A stretch of 32,000 nucleotides of DNA from Pseudomonadota bacterium. Lineage in GTDB: Bacteria > Pseudomonadota > Alphaproteobacteria > RF32 > CAG-239. The DNA is taken from assembly GCA_918234285.1 (NCBI GenBank), contig CAKJXZ020000010.1, positions 41,452-73,451 on the forward strand. Reading direction: 5' to 3'. Below, one piece after another: positions 8,759 to 17,612 of this stretch (position 1 is its first letter; each line of letters opens with the position of its first letter). Made by a program: the position numbers and the translations under genes. The notes under the pieces are model-generated. The model worked only from the letters and a program-made list of their open reading frames with translations. It ran no database searches and was not told the DNA's origin.

Positions 8759-8787
8759 ATAATAGGGCAAAAAGCAAAAATAGTCAA
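8759..8787 (-). promoter_or_regulatory. Putative sigma70 promoter (minus strand) of the small transcript
   Basis: On the minus strand: TTGACT (8787-8782), 17-bp spacer, TATTAT (8764-8759). Confidence 0.45.
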
Positions 8788-8804
8788 TAGCAAAAATAAA
8801 AAAA

Positions 8805-8833
8805 TTGACAAATGAAAAAATATCGTCTATTTT
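8805..8833 (+). promoter_or_regulatory. Putative sigma70 promoter of the 117-aa orphan gene
   Basis: TTGACA (8805-8810), 17-bp spacer, TATTTT (8828-8833). It lies inside the first codons of the tracked ORF, so the real start is downstream. Confidence 0.4.
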
Positions 8834-8889
8834 ATAATAAATTTGTATTATTTTTTAGAACCCCTGAAAAGGCAGGGTACACAGTTATT

Positions 8890-9243
8890 ATGGCAAAAAG
8901 AGCAATTATTGTAGGCAACGTTGAGCGTCTGGCCAAGTTGATTGCGCCGGAGCGTGTGCAAATCACAGTGAATGCAAACACCACCACGATTGATGGTAAG
9001 ACCATTAACGTCCGTGAGTTAATCACCTTTGAGGTGGAGACTTTTTCCTTTGAAAAACTTCCTTTTATGGAAACTCTCTGTAATTTGTCAATCGGCGACA
9101 GAGTGACGGTAACGTTTATCGAAAACGACAAGAACTGGGAAGTTTTCGATATTGTTCACGAGCCACATCTCGGTCGATCCCCTGATGATTGGTTCAGAGA
9201 TGCCCTGGAAGACATGAAATTTTGGGATAACAGAACAAAGTAA
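8890..9243 (+). CDS. hypothetical protein (117 aa)
   Basis: ORF from ATG 8890 (MAKRAIIVGN...). Its stop is followed immediately by a 13-bp-stem terminator. No family recognised. Confidence 0.55.
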   Translation: MAKRAIIVGNVERLAKLIAPERVQITVNANTTTIDGKTINVRELITFEVETFSFEKLPFMETLCNLSIGDRVTVTFIENDKNWEVFDIVHEPHLGRSPDDWFRDALEDMKFWDNRTK

Positions 9244-9285
9244 AAAATATCTGTCAGACTTAGCGGTCTGACAGATATTTTTTTT
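9242..9285. terminator. Bidirectional rho-independent terminator
   Basis: A6, then perfect 13-bp stem ATATCTGTCAGAC / GTCTGACAGATAT with a 6-nt loop, then T7. It serves the + strand ORF and the minus-strand tRNA genes. Confidence 0.85.
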
Positions 9286-9359
9286 GGTAGTCCCGAGCAG
9301 AGTTGAACTGCTGACCCATCCATGTGAAGGATATGTGATAACCGTTTCACCACGGAACT
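9285..9359 (-). tRNA. tRNA-Val (anticodon CAC)
   Basis: Hand-folded 75-nt cloverleaf on the minus strand. Acceptor AGUUCCG/CGGGACU, D-arm GUGA-AACGGUUA-UCAC, anticodon arm UAUCC-UUCACAU-GGAUG, T-arm AGCAG-UUCAACU-CUGCU, discriminator A, encoded CCA. Confidence 0.88.
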
Positions 9360-9378
9360 GTATAAAAAAGGGAAGTAT

Positions 9379-9453
9379 TGGTAGTCCCGAGCAGAGTTGA
9401 ACTGCTGACTCATCCATGTCAAGGATACGTGATAACCGTTTCACCACGGAACT
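9379..9453 (-). tRNA. tRNA-Val (anticodon GAC)
   Basis: Same cloverleaf as the neighbour and identical at 72 of 75 positions. The anticodon loop is UUGACAU. The two genes are separated by 19 nt. Confidence 0.88.
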
Positions 9454-9517
9454 GTAATACGCACATAATATACATTTTATTGATAATGTCAAAATATTTT
9501 TTAATATTTTTTATAAA

Positions 9518-9637
9518 TCAAAACCCGCCAAACATTAACATATGTCCGACAGTCAGCAGGTGTATTTTATGCAATAAAGCAAATAGGGTAATAAAAGAGA
9601 GCGACGCGAATATTAAGTTATTGTAATTTGTTTGCAT
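9518..9637 (-). CDS. possible 39-aa hydrophobic peptide
   Basis: Not in the track. MQTNYNNLIFASLSFITLFALLHKIHLLTVGHMLMFGGF is preceded by GGAG 6 nt upstream of the ATG. Confidence 0.35.
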   Translation of the reverse strand: MQTNYNNLIFASLSFITLFALLHKIHLLTVGHMLMFGGF

Positions 9638-9832
9638 TTTAGACTCCAATATATAAAATGTTATATACTTGTAAAACAAAAAAATTAAAAAATCAACTAA
9701 ATATTTATAAAAAAATAAAAATAAATACTTTTAGTAGGTTTTTTTAAACGTGTAAAATATTTTTTAACAATACTAAAAATTTGTTTTTACGAAAAAAATA
9801 TGCAAAAACCAATTAAAACTTGTATTAAAAAA

Positions 9833-9861
9833 TTGACAAGCTAAATTGCAAAATTTATATA
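9833..9861 (+). promoter_or_regulatory. Putative sigma70 promoter of the HTH regulator gene
   Basis: TTGACA (9833-9838), 17-bp spacer, TATATA (9856-9861). Confidence 0.45.
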
Positions 9862-9893
9862 TGAATATAGTGACTACAATTACGAGGTGAATA

Positions 9894-10397
9894 ATGAAAA
9901 AGAAAAAATCCATACGCGGCAGAATAGACGATAACGCGCCTAATCCGGTAGATGTGCATGTTGGAAAGCGAATCCGTTTAAGACGCACGATTTTGCATAT
10001 TACGCAACAGCAGATGGCGGATATGTTGGGGTTAACATTCCAACAGGTTCAAAAATATGAAAAAGGAATGAACAGGGTTGGTGCCAGTCGTTTATGGGAT
10101 ATAAGCCGTGTTTTAGAAGTGCCGATGGGTTTCTTTTTTGAAGATATGGATGATGTTGTGGCTGCACAAAGTCCGCGTATGCTTAATATTGAGCCGGATT
10201 CCATGAGTGTTTCGGAAAAACACTTACAGTTTGATGAAGATCCGATGAAACGCGCTGAGACATTGGAATTGATTAGAGCTTATTATAAAATAACGAATCG
10301 TGCCATAGCAAAACAAATGTTTGATTTAATGATTGCTTTATCAAAATCGACGGCCGGTTTAATGCGTATTGATGATAAACCGAAAAATGATAAATAA
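9894..10397 (+). CDS. XRE-family helix-turn-helix transcriptional regulator
   Basis: 167-aa ORF with an HTH_3-type core (VGKRIRLRRTILHITQQQMADMLGLTFQQVQKYEKGMNRVGASRL). GAGGTG RBS upstream. Confidence 0.8.
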   Translation: MKKKKSIRGRIDDNAPNPVDVHVGKRIRLRRTILHITQQQMADMLGLTFQQVQKYEKGMNRVGASRLWDISRVLEVPMGFFFEDMDDVVAAQSPRMLNIEPDSMSVSEKHLQFDEDPMKRAETLELIRAYYKITNRAIAKQMFDLMIALSKSTAGLMRIDDKPKNDK

Positions 10398-11124
10398 GCA
10401 AAATGAAAAACCGAAGTTTTTCGGCAGACGCCAGGGGCGGGTAATTCACAGAGCCAAAAGTTTTCTTTTAGATAATTTTTTGCCGCGAATCCGAATTGAC
10501 AGTGATAAAAAAGCGAATTTGGAACAGTGTTTCGGTTCTAAAAAAGATGCTTATGCCTTGGAGATAGGTTTTGGTGACGGCGACCATTTGGCGACTCTAT
10601 CGGCAAGAAAGCCGAACATCGGTTTTATCGGGGTGGAAGTTTACCGTAACGGGGTGGCAAATCTGCTTTCTTTGATTACCGGTTTGAAAGACGGGCGCGA
10701 CGAAGATTTGGCCAAAGAAATAAAATTGCTTCCGGATAGAGCTGATAATGTCAGAATTTATGATGACGACGTTAGATTATTGTTTGCGGCGCTACCGGAT
10801 GGTTGTTTTGATAAAATATATCTGCTGTTTCCGGACCCGTGGCCGAAAAGCCGTCATGCCAACCGGCGTTTTATCAACCCGGATAATTTGCGGGAATTGG
10901 CGCGATTATTGAAAAAGGGCGGTATATTGCAAGTAGCGACCGATCACCCGATTTATAAAAAATGGACATTGGAGACGATGCATAAAAACAGCGATTTCAG
11001 ATGGACGGCAAAAACCTCTGATGATTGGCGGAATCCGCCGGCTGATTGGGCGGAAACCAAATATCAGCACAAGGCCGTGAGAGAGGGGCGTCGGCCGGTG
11101 TTTTTCGAGTTTGAAAGAATATAA
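10387..11124 (+). CDS. trmB: tRNA (guanine46-N7)-methyltransferase
   Basis: TrmB motifs (LEIGFGDGDHL, LLFPDPWPKSRHANRRF). The start is ambiguous: TTG 10369, ATG 10372 or ATG 10387. All overlap the upstream gene's end. Confidence 0.85.
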   Translation: MINKQNEKPKFFGRRQGRVIHRAKSFLLDNFLPRIRIDSDKKANLEQCFGSKKDAYALEIGFGDGDHLATLSARKPNIGFIGVEVYRNGVANLLSLITGLKDGRDEDLAKEIKLLPDRADNVRIYDDDVRLLFAALPDGCFDKIYLLFPDPWPKSRHANRRFINPDNLRELARLLKKGGILQVATDHPIYKKWTLETMHKNSDFRWTAKTSDDWRNPPADWAETKYQHKAVREGRRPVFFEFERI

Positions 11125-11128
11125 AAAA

Positions 11129-11404
11129 TCAAAGTAACTCTTTTAAGGTTTCTTCGACCGAATCGGCATATTTATGCGGTTGCGGCTTGCTCTTTAGATA
11201 ATAATAACTCAGCGAAAAAAGACGGATGGCCGGTGTCATACCAAGGCAGGAATTATGATTATCCTTGATTTTTTCAAATAAAGTTTTCCTTTTGAGTTTT
11301 TCACGATAACATATTTCATCAATAATTTTCCACTCGGTATTGGTCAGTCGCATGCAGGTTTTTTTATCAAAAACGGAAATAACTTTATTTACATGTTTAA
11401 GCAT
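11129..11404 (-). CDS. ribbon-helix-helix domain protein (alphaproteobacterial RHH_4-like)
   Basis: 91-aa ORF. The pattern MRLTNTEWKIIDEICYREKLKRKTLFEKI....MTPAIRLFSLSYY resembles the family of small conserved alphaproteobacterial RHH proteins. Recognised from memory only. Confidence 0.55.
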   Translation of the reverse strand: MLKHVNKVISVFDKKTCMRLTNTEWKIIDEICYREKLKRKTLFEKIKDNHNSCLGMTPAIRLFSLSYYYLKSKPQPHKYADSVEETLKELL

Positions 11405-11614
11405 AATATCCTCTCAAGTTGTTTTTTTACAGAATATAAATCATTAAATGTATTGTTTCAATTAAAAATATAAAAAATAAACAAACTAAACCTGTAATTA
11501 TTAAAAAACACGGCGGTTGAAGTTGTGGAAAACAGAATCTTTGCTCTTATTTTTGACTCAAATTTGACTCATTGAAAATTTCGGCATTTTTTTAAAATTT
11601 TTTTAATTTTTTGC

Positions 11615-11643
11615 TTGCATTTGCGTTTTTGTTATGTTATAAG
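11615..11643 (+). promoter_or_regulatory. Putative sigma70 promoter of the S10 ribosomal protein operon
   Basis: TTGCAT (11615-11620), 17-bp spacer, TATAAG (11638-11643). A T/A-rich UP-like tract lies upstream. Confidence 0.5.
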
Positions 11644-11649
11644 CGCGCT

Positions 11650-11807
11650 ACAACAATTGTTTTGAGAGGGTTTACCTCGCAGCGAAGCAAATATAAAATA
11701 TAGCGCAAACCTTTGTTGCGAAAGCGTTTGCAAAGATTAACAAATTTTAGATAGCAGGGAATTCCTTGTTGGTTTTTTTTGCTGTTTAGTTATAGGAAAA
11801 GTATAAA
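11650..11807 (+). promoter_or_regulatory. Long structured 5' leader of the S10 operon with a terminator-like hairpin
   Basis: About 158 nt lie between the predicted transcription start and the rpsJ ATG. Competing pairings CGCAA/TTGCG and GCAAAC/GTTTGC occur at about 11705-11740. The hairpin CAGGG-AATT-CCTTG (11765-11778) is followed by TTGG and T8 (11783-11790). Confidence 0.3.
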
Positions 11808-12116
11808 ATGGAAACACAAAATATACGAATTCGCCTTAAGGCTTTTGATCACAGATTGCTCGACCTTTCTACCACGGAAATCGTGCATACTGCCAAAAGA
11901 ACGGGCGCAAGCGTCAGAGGTCCGATACCTCTGCCTAACAAAATCGAAAAGTTTACGGTAAATCGTTCGCCGCACGTTGATAAAAAGTCTCGTGAACAGT
12001 TCGAAATCCGTACACACAAAAGACTTTTGGATATTGTTAACCCGACACCGCAAACCGTTGATGCTTTGATGAAGCTTGATTTGGCTGCCGGTGTAAATGT
12101 TGAAATAAAATTGTAA
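11808..12116 (+). CDS. rpsJ: 30S ribosomal protein S10
   Basis: 102-aa ORF, unmistakable S10 sequence ([14 protein letters not shown]...RGPIPLP...[18 protein letters not shown]). Confidence 0.97.
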   Translation: METQNIRIRLKAFDHRLLDLSTTEIVHTAKRTGASVRGPIPLPNKIEKFTVNRSPHVDKKSREQFEIRTHKRLLDIVNPTPQTVDALMKLDLAAGVNVEIKL

Positions 12117-12171
12117 TTAATGTTGGCGCCTTATAAGGGTTGTCAACCTATTAAGAAAAGGAAAAATAATA

Positions 12172-12894
12172 ATGCGTACTGGTCTAATCGCAAAAAAATT
12201 AGGAATGTCCCGCATTTTTCAGGCCGACGGAACTCATGTTCCTGTAACGGTTTTGAGTGTTGAAGGTTTGCAGGTAGTTAATGTAAAGACTGCCGAAAAA
12301 GACGGATACAACGCCGTACAATTGGGTACCGGCGCCGTAAAAGCCAAAAATGTAAGCAAACCGCTTAAGGGATATTTCGCTAAGGCTAAAATTGAACCGA
12401 AAAAGAAATTGTGGGAATTCAGAGTTTCTGATGACTGCTTATTGAATGTCGGTTCGGAATTGTCGGTTGAACACTTCGTTCCGGGACAATATGTTGACGT
12501 ATGCGCCACCTCAAACGGTAAAGGCTTTGCCGGCGTAATGAAGCGTTACAATTTTGCCGGTTTGGAAGCAAGTCACGGTGTATCTATTTCTCACCGTTCG
12601 CACGGTTCTACCGGTCAAAGACAAGATCCGGGTAAAGTTTTCAAAGGTAAGAAAATGGCCGGACACATGGGTGCTGAACGCGTTACCGTTCAAAATCTCA
12701 AGGTTGTTTCGGTTGATTCTGCCAGAGGCTTGATTATGGTTAAAGGCGGCGTTCCGGGTTGCGAAAACGCATGGGTAAGAATTACCGATGCCGTTAAGAA
12801 GCCGGCTACTGTTGCTTTGCCGATGCCTGCCGGATTGAAAAAAGTTGATGAACCTGTTGTGACAGCTGAAGTTTCGGCTGAGAATGCAGAATAG
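12172..12894 (+). CDS. rplC: 50S ribosomal protein L3
   Basis: L3 sequence ([13 protein letters not shown]...VPVTVL; [11 protein letters not shown]...SHG.S.SHRS.GSTG) in canonical operon position. Confidence 0.97.
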   Translation: MRTGLIAKKLGMSRIFQADGTHVPVTVLSVEGLQVVNVKTAEKDGYNAVQLGTGAVKAKNVSKPLKGYFAKAKIEPKKKLWEFRVSDDCLLNVGSELSVEHFVPGQYVDVCATSNGKGFAGVMKRYNFAGLEASHGVSISHRSHGSTGQRQDPGKVFKGKKMAGHMGAERVTVQNLKVVSVDSARGLIMVKGGVPGCENAWVRITDAVKKPATVALPMPAGLKKVDEPVVTAEVSAENAE

Positions 12895-12909
12895 TTTAAG
12901 GATAAAGAA

Positions 12910-13533
12910 ATGAAACAGGACATCTTAAATTTAGAAAATAAAAATGTCGGTTCCATCGAACTGAACGACTCGATTTACGGTTTGGAAGTTCGTTCCGATA
13001 TTTTACAACGCGTTGTAACTTGGCAGTTAGCGAGATTACAAAGCGGCAATCACGCTACCAAAGGTCGCTCCGATGTAGCTTTGACGCCGTCCAAGCCGTT
13101 CAGACAGAAAGGTTCGGGTAACGCACGTCAAGGCTCCAGAAAAGGTGCTCAATTCCGTAAGGGTGGTGTGGTATTTGGTCCGATTGTAAGAGATCACTCT
13201 TTTGATTTGACCAAGAAATTCAGAAAACTCGGTCTGAAGACCGCTCTTTCCGCGAAAGCGAAAGAAGGTAATCTTATCGTTATTGATGAAGCAAAGTTGT
13301 CGGCTCCTAAAACAAGTGATTTGAAAGCAAAATTAAGTGCTTGCGGACTGACAAACTGCCTTATTATTGACGGTAAGGATGTAGATGTTAATTTTGCTTT
13401 GGCAAGCCGCAATATCGAAGGAATCGATATTCTTCCGACAATCGGTGCCAATGTATACGACATCTTAAAGAAGGACAAATTGGTATTAACAAAAGATGCA
13501 GTAAGTTGCTTAGAGGAGAGATTAAATGGCTAA
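12910..13533 (+). CDS. rplD: 50S ribosomal protein L4
   Basis: L4 sequence ([15 protein letters not shown].....[10 protein letters not shown]) in operon position. Confidence 0.96.
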   Translation: MKQDILNLENKNVGSIELNDSIYGLEVRSDILQRVVTWQLARLQSGNHATKGRSDVALTPSKPFRQKGSGNARQGSRKGAQFRKGGVVFGPIVRDHSFDLTKKFRKLGLKTALSAKAKEGNLIVIDEAKLSAPKTSDLKAKLSACGLTNCLIIDGKDVDVNFALASRNIEGIDILPTIGANVYDILKKDKLVLTKDAVSCLEERLNG

Positions 13534-13840
13534 GAACAAATCAAACAATGTAACTGCAGCAATGTATGATACATTGGTTCGTCCGGTAATTACCGAAAAA
13601 TCTATGGTTTCATCGGAAGCTGGAAAAGTGGTATTCGAAGTACCTTTATCAGCTACCAAAGAAAGCGTTAAAGCTGCAGTTGAAGCAATTTTTAACGTAA
13701 AAGTTACCAAGGTAAATACCATTAAACAGTTTGGTAAGGCTAAGAGCTTCAGAGGTCATATCGGTCATCGTTCTGACTTCAAAAAAGCTATCATTACCCT
13801 TGCCGATGGTCAAAACATTGATGTTACAACAGGAATTTAA
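13526..13840 (+). CDS. rplW: 50S ribosomal protein L23
   Basis: L23 sequence ([10 protein letters not shown]......VFEV...A.K..VK.AVE..F.VKV..VNT). Overlaps the rplD end by 8 nt. Confidence 0.95.
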   Translation: MAKNKSNNVTAAMYDTLVRPVITEKSMVSSEAGKVVFEVPLSATKESVKAAVEAIFNVKVTKVNTIKQFGKAKSFRGHIGHRSDFKKAIITLADGQNIDVTTGI

Positions 13841-13842
13841 TC

Positions 13843-14676
13843 ATGGCTTTGAATACATATAAGCCCACATCTGCAGGACGTCGCCAACTGATTCTCGTTG
13901 ATAAGAGCGAGTTATACAAGGGCAAGCCTGAAAAGAGTTTAACGAAAGGTATTTCGAAAACAGGTGGGCGTGATAACTACGGACACGTTACAAGTCGTCG
14001 TATCGGTGGCGGTCATAAACGCAGCTATCGTATGATTGACTTTAAACGTAATAAATTTGATTGTGAGGCAACAGTCGAGAGAATCGAGTATGATCCGAAT
14101 CGTACGGCATTTATCGCTTTAATCAGCTACAGTGACGGCGAAAAGGCTTATATTTTGGCTCCGCAAAGACTGAAATCCGGCGATAAAGTAATTTCTGCTT
14201 CTAAGGCAGATATTAAGCCGGGTAATGCAATGCCTTTAAAGAATATGCCGGTTGGTACGATTGTACACAACATTGAGCTGAAGGCGGGCAAAGGCGGCCA
14301 GTTGGTACGTTCTGCCGGTTGTTATGCGCAAGTTGTTGGTAAAGACGCCGGTTATGTTCAATTGAAGTTGAATTCCGGCGAACTGCGTATGGTTCGTGAG
14401 GAATGTTTGGCAACGGTTGGTGCCGTTTCCAATCCGGATAACCAAAATATATCTCTTGGTAAGGCCGGTCGTAATCGTTGGCTCGGAAACCGTCCGGTTT
14501 CCCGCGGTGTAGCGATGAACCCGGTTGATCACCCTCTCGGTGGTGGTGAAGGCCGTACATCCGGTGGTCGCCATCCGGTTACTCCGTGGGGTAAACCGAC
14601 TAAGGGTGCCAAGACTCGTTCTAACAAGAAGACAGATCGCTTTATTATGAGATCTCGTCATGATAACAAGAATTAA
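13843..14676 (+). CDS. rplB: 50S ribosomal protein L2
   Basis: L2 sequence (YKPTSAGRR...GGGHKR.YR.IDF.R; [28 protein letters not shown]). Confidence 0.98.
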   Translation: MALNTYKPTSAGRRQLILVDKSELYKGKPEKSLTKGISKTGGRDNYGHVTSRRIGGGHKRSYRMIDFKRNKFDCEATVERIEYDPNRTAFIALISYSDGEKAYILAPQRLKSGDKVISASKADIKPGNAMPLKNMPVGTIVHNIELKAGKGGQLVRSAGCYAQVVGKDAGYVQLKLNSGELRMVREECLATVGAVSNPDNQNISLGKAGRNRWLGNRPVSRGVAMNPVDHPLGGGEGRTSGGRHPVTPWGKPTKGAKTRSNKKTDRFIMRSRHDNKN

Positions 14677-14691
14677 TAAGGAGAAAAGCTA

Positions 14692-14967
14692 ATGACTCGT
14701 TCTGTATGGAAAGGACCTTTTGTTGATGGCTATCTCTTGAAGAAAGCTGACGCTGCTAGAAATTCTAGCCGTAATGAAGTGATTAAAATTTGGTCTCGTC
14801 GTTCTACCATGTTACCGCAATTTGTCGGTTTAACATTTGGTGTTCACAACGGTCACAAATTTATTCCGGTATTGGTTACCGAAGATATGGTTGGTCACAA
14901 ATTCGGTGAATTTGCTCCGACTCGTACCTTCTACGGTCATACCAAAGAAACTGCGAAGAGAGGTTAA
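14692..14967 (+). CDS. rpsS: 30S ribosomal protein S19
   Basis: S19 sequence ([10 protein letters not shown]...IWSRRS...[31 protein letters not shown]). Confidence 0.97.
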   Translation: MTRSVWKGPFVDGYLLKKADAARNSSRNEVIKIWSRRSTMLPQFVGLTFGVHNGHKFIPVLVTEDMVGHKFGEFAPTRTFYGHTKETAKRG

Positions 14968-14969
14968 TT

Positions 14970-15326
14970 ATGGCTGAGAATAGTATTAAACAAGCAAAGG
15001 CAGTTTGCCGTTCAATCAGAACCAGTTCACGCAAGTTGAACTTGGTAGCGCAAACCATTCGCGGTTTGAAGGCTGAAAAAGCGGTTGCCGAATTAAGCTT
15101 CTCTAAGAAGAGAATCGCAAAAGTGGCTCTGGAATTGTTGCAATCTGCAATTTCCAATGCCGAAAATAACCACAACCTTAACATTGATAAGCTCGTTGTA
15201 AGCGAAGCTTATGTAGGTAAAGGTATTGTAATGAAAAGAATGAATGCGCGTGGTCGCGGCAGAAGCGCTCGTATTTTGAAGCCGTTTTCTTCCATGACCA
15301 TCGTTGTTTCGGAGCGTGGGGAGTAA
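14970..15326 (+). CDS. rplV: 50S ribosomal protein L22
   Basis: L22 sequence and operon position (R.S.RK.NLVA..IRG..........F..K..A......L.SA..NAE.N). Confidence 0.95.
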   Translation: MAENSIKQAKAVCRSIRTSSRKLNLVAQTIRGLKAEKAVAELSFSKKRIAKVALELLQSAISNAENNHNLNIDKLVVSEAYVGKGIVMKRMNARGRGRSARILKPFSSMTIVVSERGE

Positions 15327-15330
15327 ATAA

Positions 15331-16002
15331 ATGGGACAGAAAGTTAATCCTACCAGTCTTCGTTTAGGTGTAAATCGCACTTGGGACTCTCGTTGGTATG
15401 CTGAAAATGATAAGTTTACCGACTATCTCCACGAAGATCTGAAAATTAAAAAATTCTTGAATGAAAAGTTGGCTCAAGCCGGCATCAGCCAAATCGTTAT
15501 CGAACGTTCGGCTAAAAAAGCAAGAGTTACAATTCATTCGGCCAGACCGGGTGTTGTAATTGGCAAGAAGGGTCAGGATATCGAGAATGTAAGAAAAGAC
15601 ATTCAAAAATTGACCGACTCCGAAGTTCAATTGAACATCGTTGAAGTAAGAAAACCGGAGCTGGATGCCAAGTTGGTTGCTGATTCTGTGGCTCAACAGT
15701 TGGAACGCCGTGTGGCTTTCCGTCGCGCCATGAAGAGAGTTATGCAGTCTGCTTTGCGTTTGGGTGCTGAAGGTATTAAAGTTAGCTGCAGCGGTCGTTT
15801 GGGTGGCGCAGAAATTGCTCGTACCGAATACTACCGTGAAGGCCGCGTGCCTTTGCACACATTGCGTGCGGATATTGACTATGCAACCTCAACAGCTCAT
15901 ACAACTTATGGTGCTTGCGGCGTAAAAGTATGGATCTACAAGGGCGAAATCATGAGCCACGATCCGATGGCGCAAGACAAGAAGTTGACTGAACAAAAGT
16001 AA
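15331..16002 (+). CDS. rpsC: 30S ribosomal protein S3
   Basis: S3 sequence (MGQKVNP..LRLG....W.S.WYA; [28 protein letters not shown]). Confidence 0.98.
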   Translation: MGQKVNPTSLRLGVNRTWDSRWYAENDKFTDYLHEDLKIKKFLNEKLAQAGISQIVIERSAKKARVTIHSARPGVVIGKKGQDIENVRKDIQKLTDSEVQLNIVEVRKPELDAKLVADSVAQQLERRVAFRRAMKRVMQSALRLGAEGIKVSCSGRLGGAEIARTEYYREGRVPLHTLRADIDYATSTAHTTYGACGVKVWIYKGEIMSHDPMAQDKKLTEQK

Positions 16003-16020
16003 TAACGCGAGGTTAGAGAA

Positions 16021-16455
16021 ATGTTAAGTCCAAAACGTTTGAAATTCCACAAGCAGCATAAAGGTCGTATTCACGGCATGGCTAAAGGTGGTTCAGAATT
16101 AAATTTCGGTTTATACGGTTTGAAGGCTCTGACTCCTGACCGTGTGACGGCACGTCAAATCGAGGCAGCTCGTCGTGCAATCACACGTCAGATGCAGAGA
16201 GCAGGAAAACTGTGGATCAGAATTTTCCCGGATGTACCGGTATCGGATAAACCGGCCGAAGTACGTATGGGTAAAGGTAAGGGTGCTATCGAATTTTGGG
16301 TAGCCAGAGTTAAACCGGGTCGCATTATGTTTGAAATTACGGGTGTTTCGGAAGAAATCGCTCGCAGAGCTTTTGAACTGGGCGCCGCAAAATTGCCGGT
16401 TAAGTGCAAATTTGTAAAGCGTTTGAACTCTGATATCGTTAAAGGAGACGCATAA
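16021..16455 (+). CDS. rplP: 50S ribosomal protein L16
   Basis: L16 sequence (MLSPKR.KF.K.HKGR..G.A..G; R.G.GKG..E.WVA.VKPGR..FE). Confidence 0.97.
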   Translation: MLSPKRLKFHKQHKGRIHGMAKGGSELNFGLYGLKALTPDRVTARQIEAARRAITRQMQRAGKLWIRIFPDVPVSDKPAEVRMGKGKGAIEFWVARVKPGRIMFEITGVSEEIARRAFELGAAKLPVKCKFVKRLNSDIVKGDA

Positions 16456-16652
16456 TGGTTAAAACAAAAGATTTACGCGCTATGACGATTGATGAATTGG
16501 AAAGCAAGTTAGTAGAATGCAAAAAAGAGCAGGCTAATTTGCGTATTCAACAATCAACCGGTCAACTTGAGAATGTTTCCAACATTCGCAAAGTTCGCCG
16601 TGATGTAGCCAAAATCAACACGCTCATTACTGAGCGCAAGAAGAATAGTTAG
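16455..16652 (+). CDS. rpmC: 50S ribosomal protein L29
   Basis: 65-aa ORF with an L29-like sequence (ELE.KL.E.KKE..NLR.Q..TGQLEN...IR.VRRD.A.I.T). TAATG overlap with rplP. Confidence 0.93.
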   Translation: MVKTKDLRAMTIDELESKLVECKKEQANLRIQQSTGQLENVSNIRKVRRDVAKINTLITERKKNS

Positions 16653-16662
16653 GAGAAAGAAT

Positions 16663-16902
16663 ATGCCTAAGAGAATTCTTCAAGGTGTTGTTGTTAGTGA
16701 TAAACAGGATAAAACTGTCGTGGTCAGTGTAGAGCGTCAGGTTATGCATCCGGTTTACAAAAAATTCGTGAAGAAGAGTAAAAAATTTGCCGCTCACGAT
16801 GAAAACAATCAGTACAAGGTTGGAGATCAGGTTTCTATTGAAGAATGCCGTCCGATTTCCAAGAACAAATCTTGGACTGTGATTTCGTCTGATAACGCCT
16901 AA
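16663..16902 (+). CDS. rpsQ: 30S ribosomal protein S17
   Basis: S17 sequence ([17 protein letters not shown]...HP.YKK.V..SKK..AHDE.N....GD.V.I.E.RP.SK.K.W). Confidence 0.96.
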   Translation: MPKRILQGVVVSDKQDKTVVVSVERQVMHPVYKKFVKKSKKFAAHDENNQYKVGDQVSIEECRPISKNKSWTVISSDNA

Positions 16903-16921
16903 GATATGAAGGAATAAAAAA

Positions 16922-17290
16922 ATGATACAAATGCAAACCAACCTCGATGTTGCTGATAATTCAGGCGCACGTCAGGTGCAGTGCATCAAGGTTCTTGGTG
17001 GTTCCAAGAGAAAAACGGCTTCTGTGGGTGATGTCATTGTTGTAGCAATACAAGATGCGTTGCCGAGAGGACACGTTAAAAAGGGCGATGTATATAAAGC
17101 TGTTATCGTGAGAACGGCCAGCGATATTCGTCGCAAAGACGGAAGTGTAATCCGTTTTGACAGTAATGCCGCAGTTTTAATCAATAAAGACGGTGAGCCG
17201 ATCGGTACTCGTATCTTCGGCCCTGTTACGAGAGAATTGCGTGCAAAGAAATTTATGAAAATCATTTCATTAGCACCGGAGGTATTGTAA
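16922..17290 (+). CDS. rplN: 50S ribosomal protein L14
   Basis: L14 sequence ([15 protein letters not shown]...[17 protein letters not shown]). Confidence 0.98.
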   Translation: MIQMQTNLDVADNSGARQVQCIKVLGGSKRKTASVGDVIVVAIQDALPRGHVKKGDVYKAVIVRTASDIRRKDGSVIRFDSNAAVLINKDGEPIGTRIFGPVTRELRAKKFMKIISLAPEVL

Positions 17291-17598
17291 TGCCTAAAAT
17301 GAAAATTAAAAAGAACGATACGGTTATCATTTTGTCGGGCGACGACAAGGGTAAAACCGGCGTTGTAAAAAAAGCACTTCCGAGAGAAAGCAAGGTTGTT
17401 GTTGAAGGTTTGAATATGGTAAAGCGCCACACCAAACCGTCGCAAACAACTCCGGGCGGAATTATCTCGAAAGAAGCAGCAATTCACGTTTCCAATGTTG
17501 CCATTGTTAAAGAAGGCAAGGCAACCAAAGTCGGCTACAAAACCGTAGACGGCAGAAAGGTTCGTGTTGCTCGCAAAACCGGTGATGTAATCGATTAA
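17290..17598 (+). CDS. rplX: 50S ribosomal protein L24
   Basis: L24 KOW motif ([20 protein letters not shown]) and operon position. TAATG overlap with rplN. Confidence 0.95.
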   Translation: MPKMKIKKNDTVIILSGDDKGKTGVVKKALPRESKVVVEGLNMVKRHTKPSQTTPGGIISKEAAIHVSNVAIVKEGKATKVGYKTVDGRKVRVARKTGDVID

Positions 17599-17612
17599 TG
17601 GGAGAAAATTTT

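Noticed and set aside
12316-12329. GTAC-AATTGG-GTAC inside rplC has the same spacing as the hairpin apex motif.
   Set aside because: It lies in conserved coding sequence (..AVQLGTG..). The flanks do not pair, so there is no long hairpin. About one such chance occurrence is expected in a window of this size. GTAC pairs with 4-5 nt spacing in rplB (about 14266) and at about 30533 are likewise coding coincidences.
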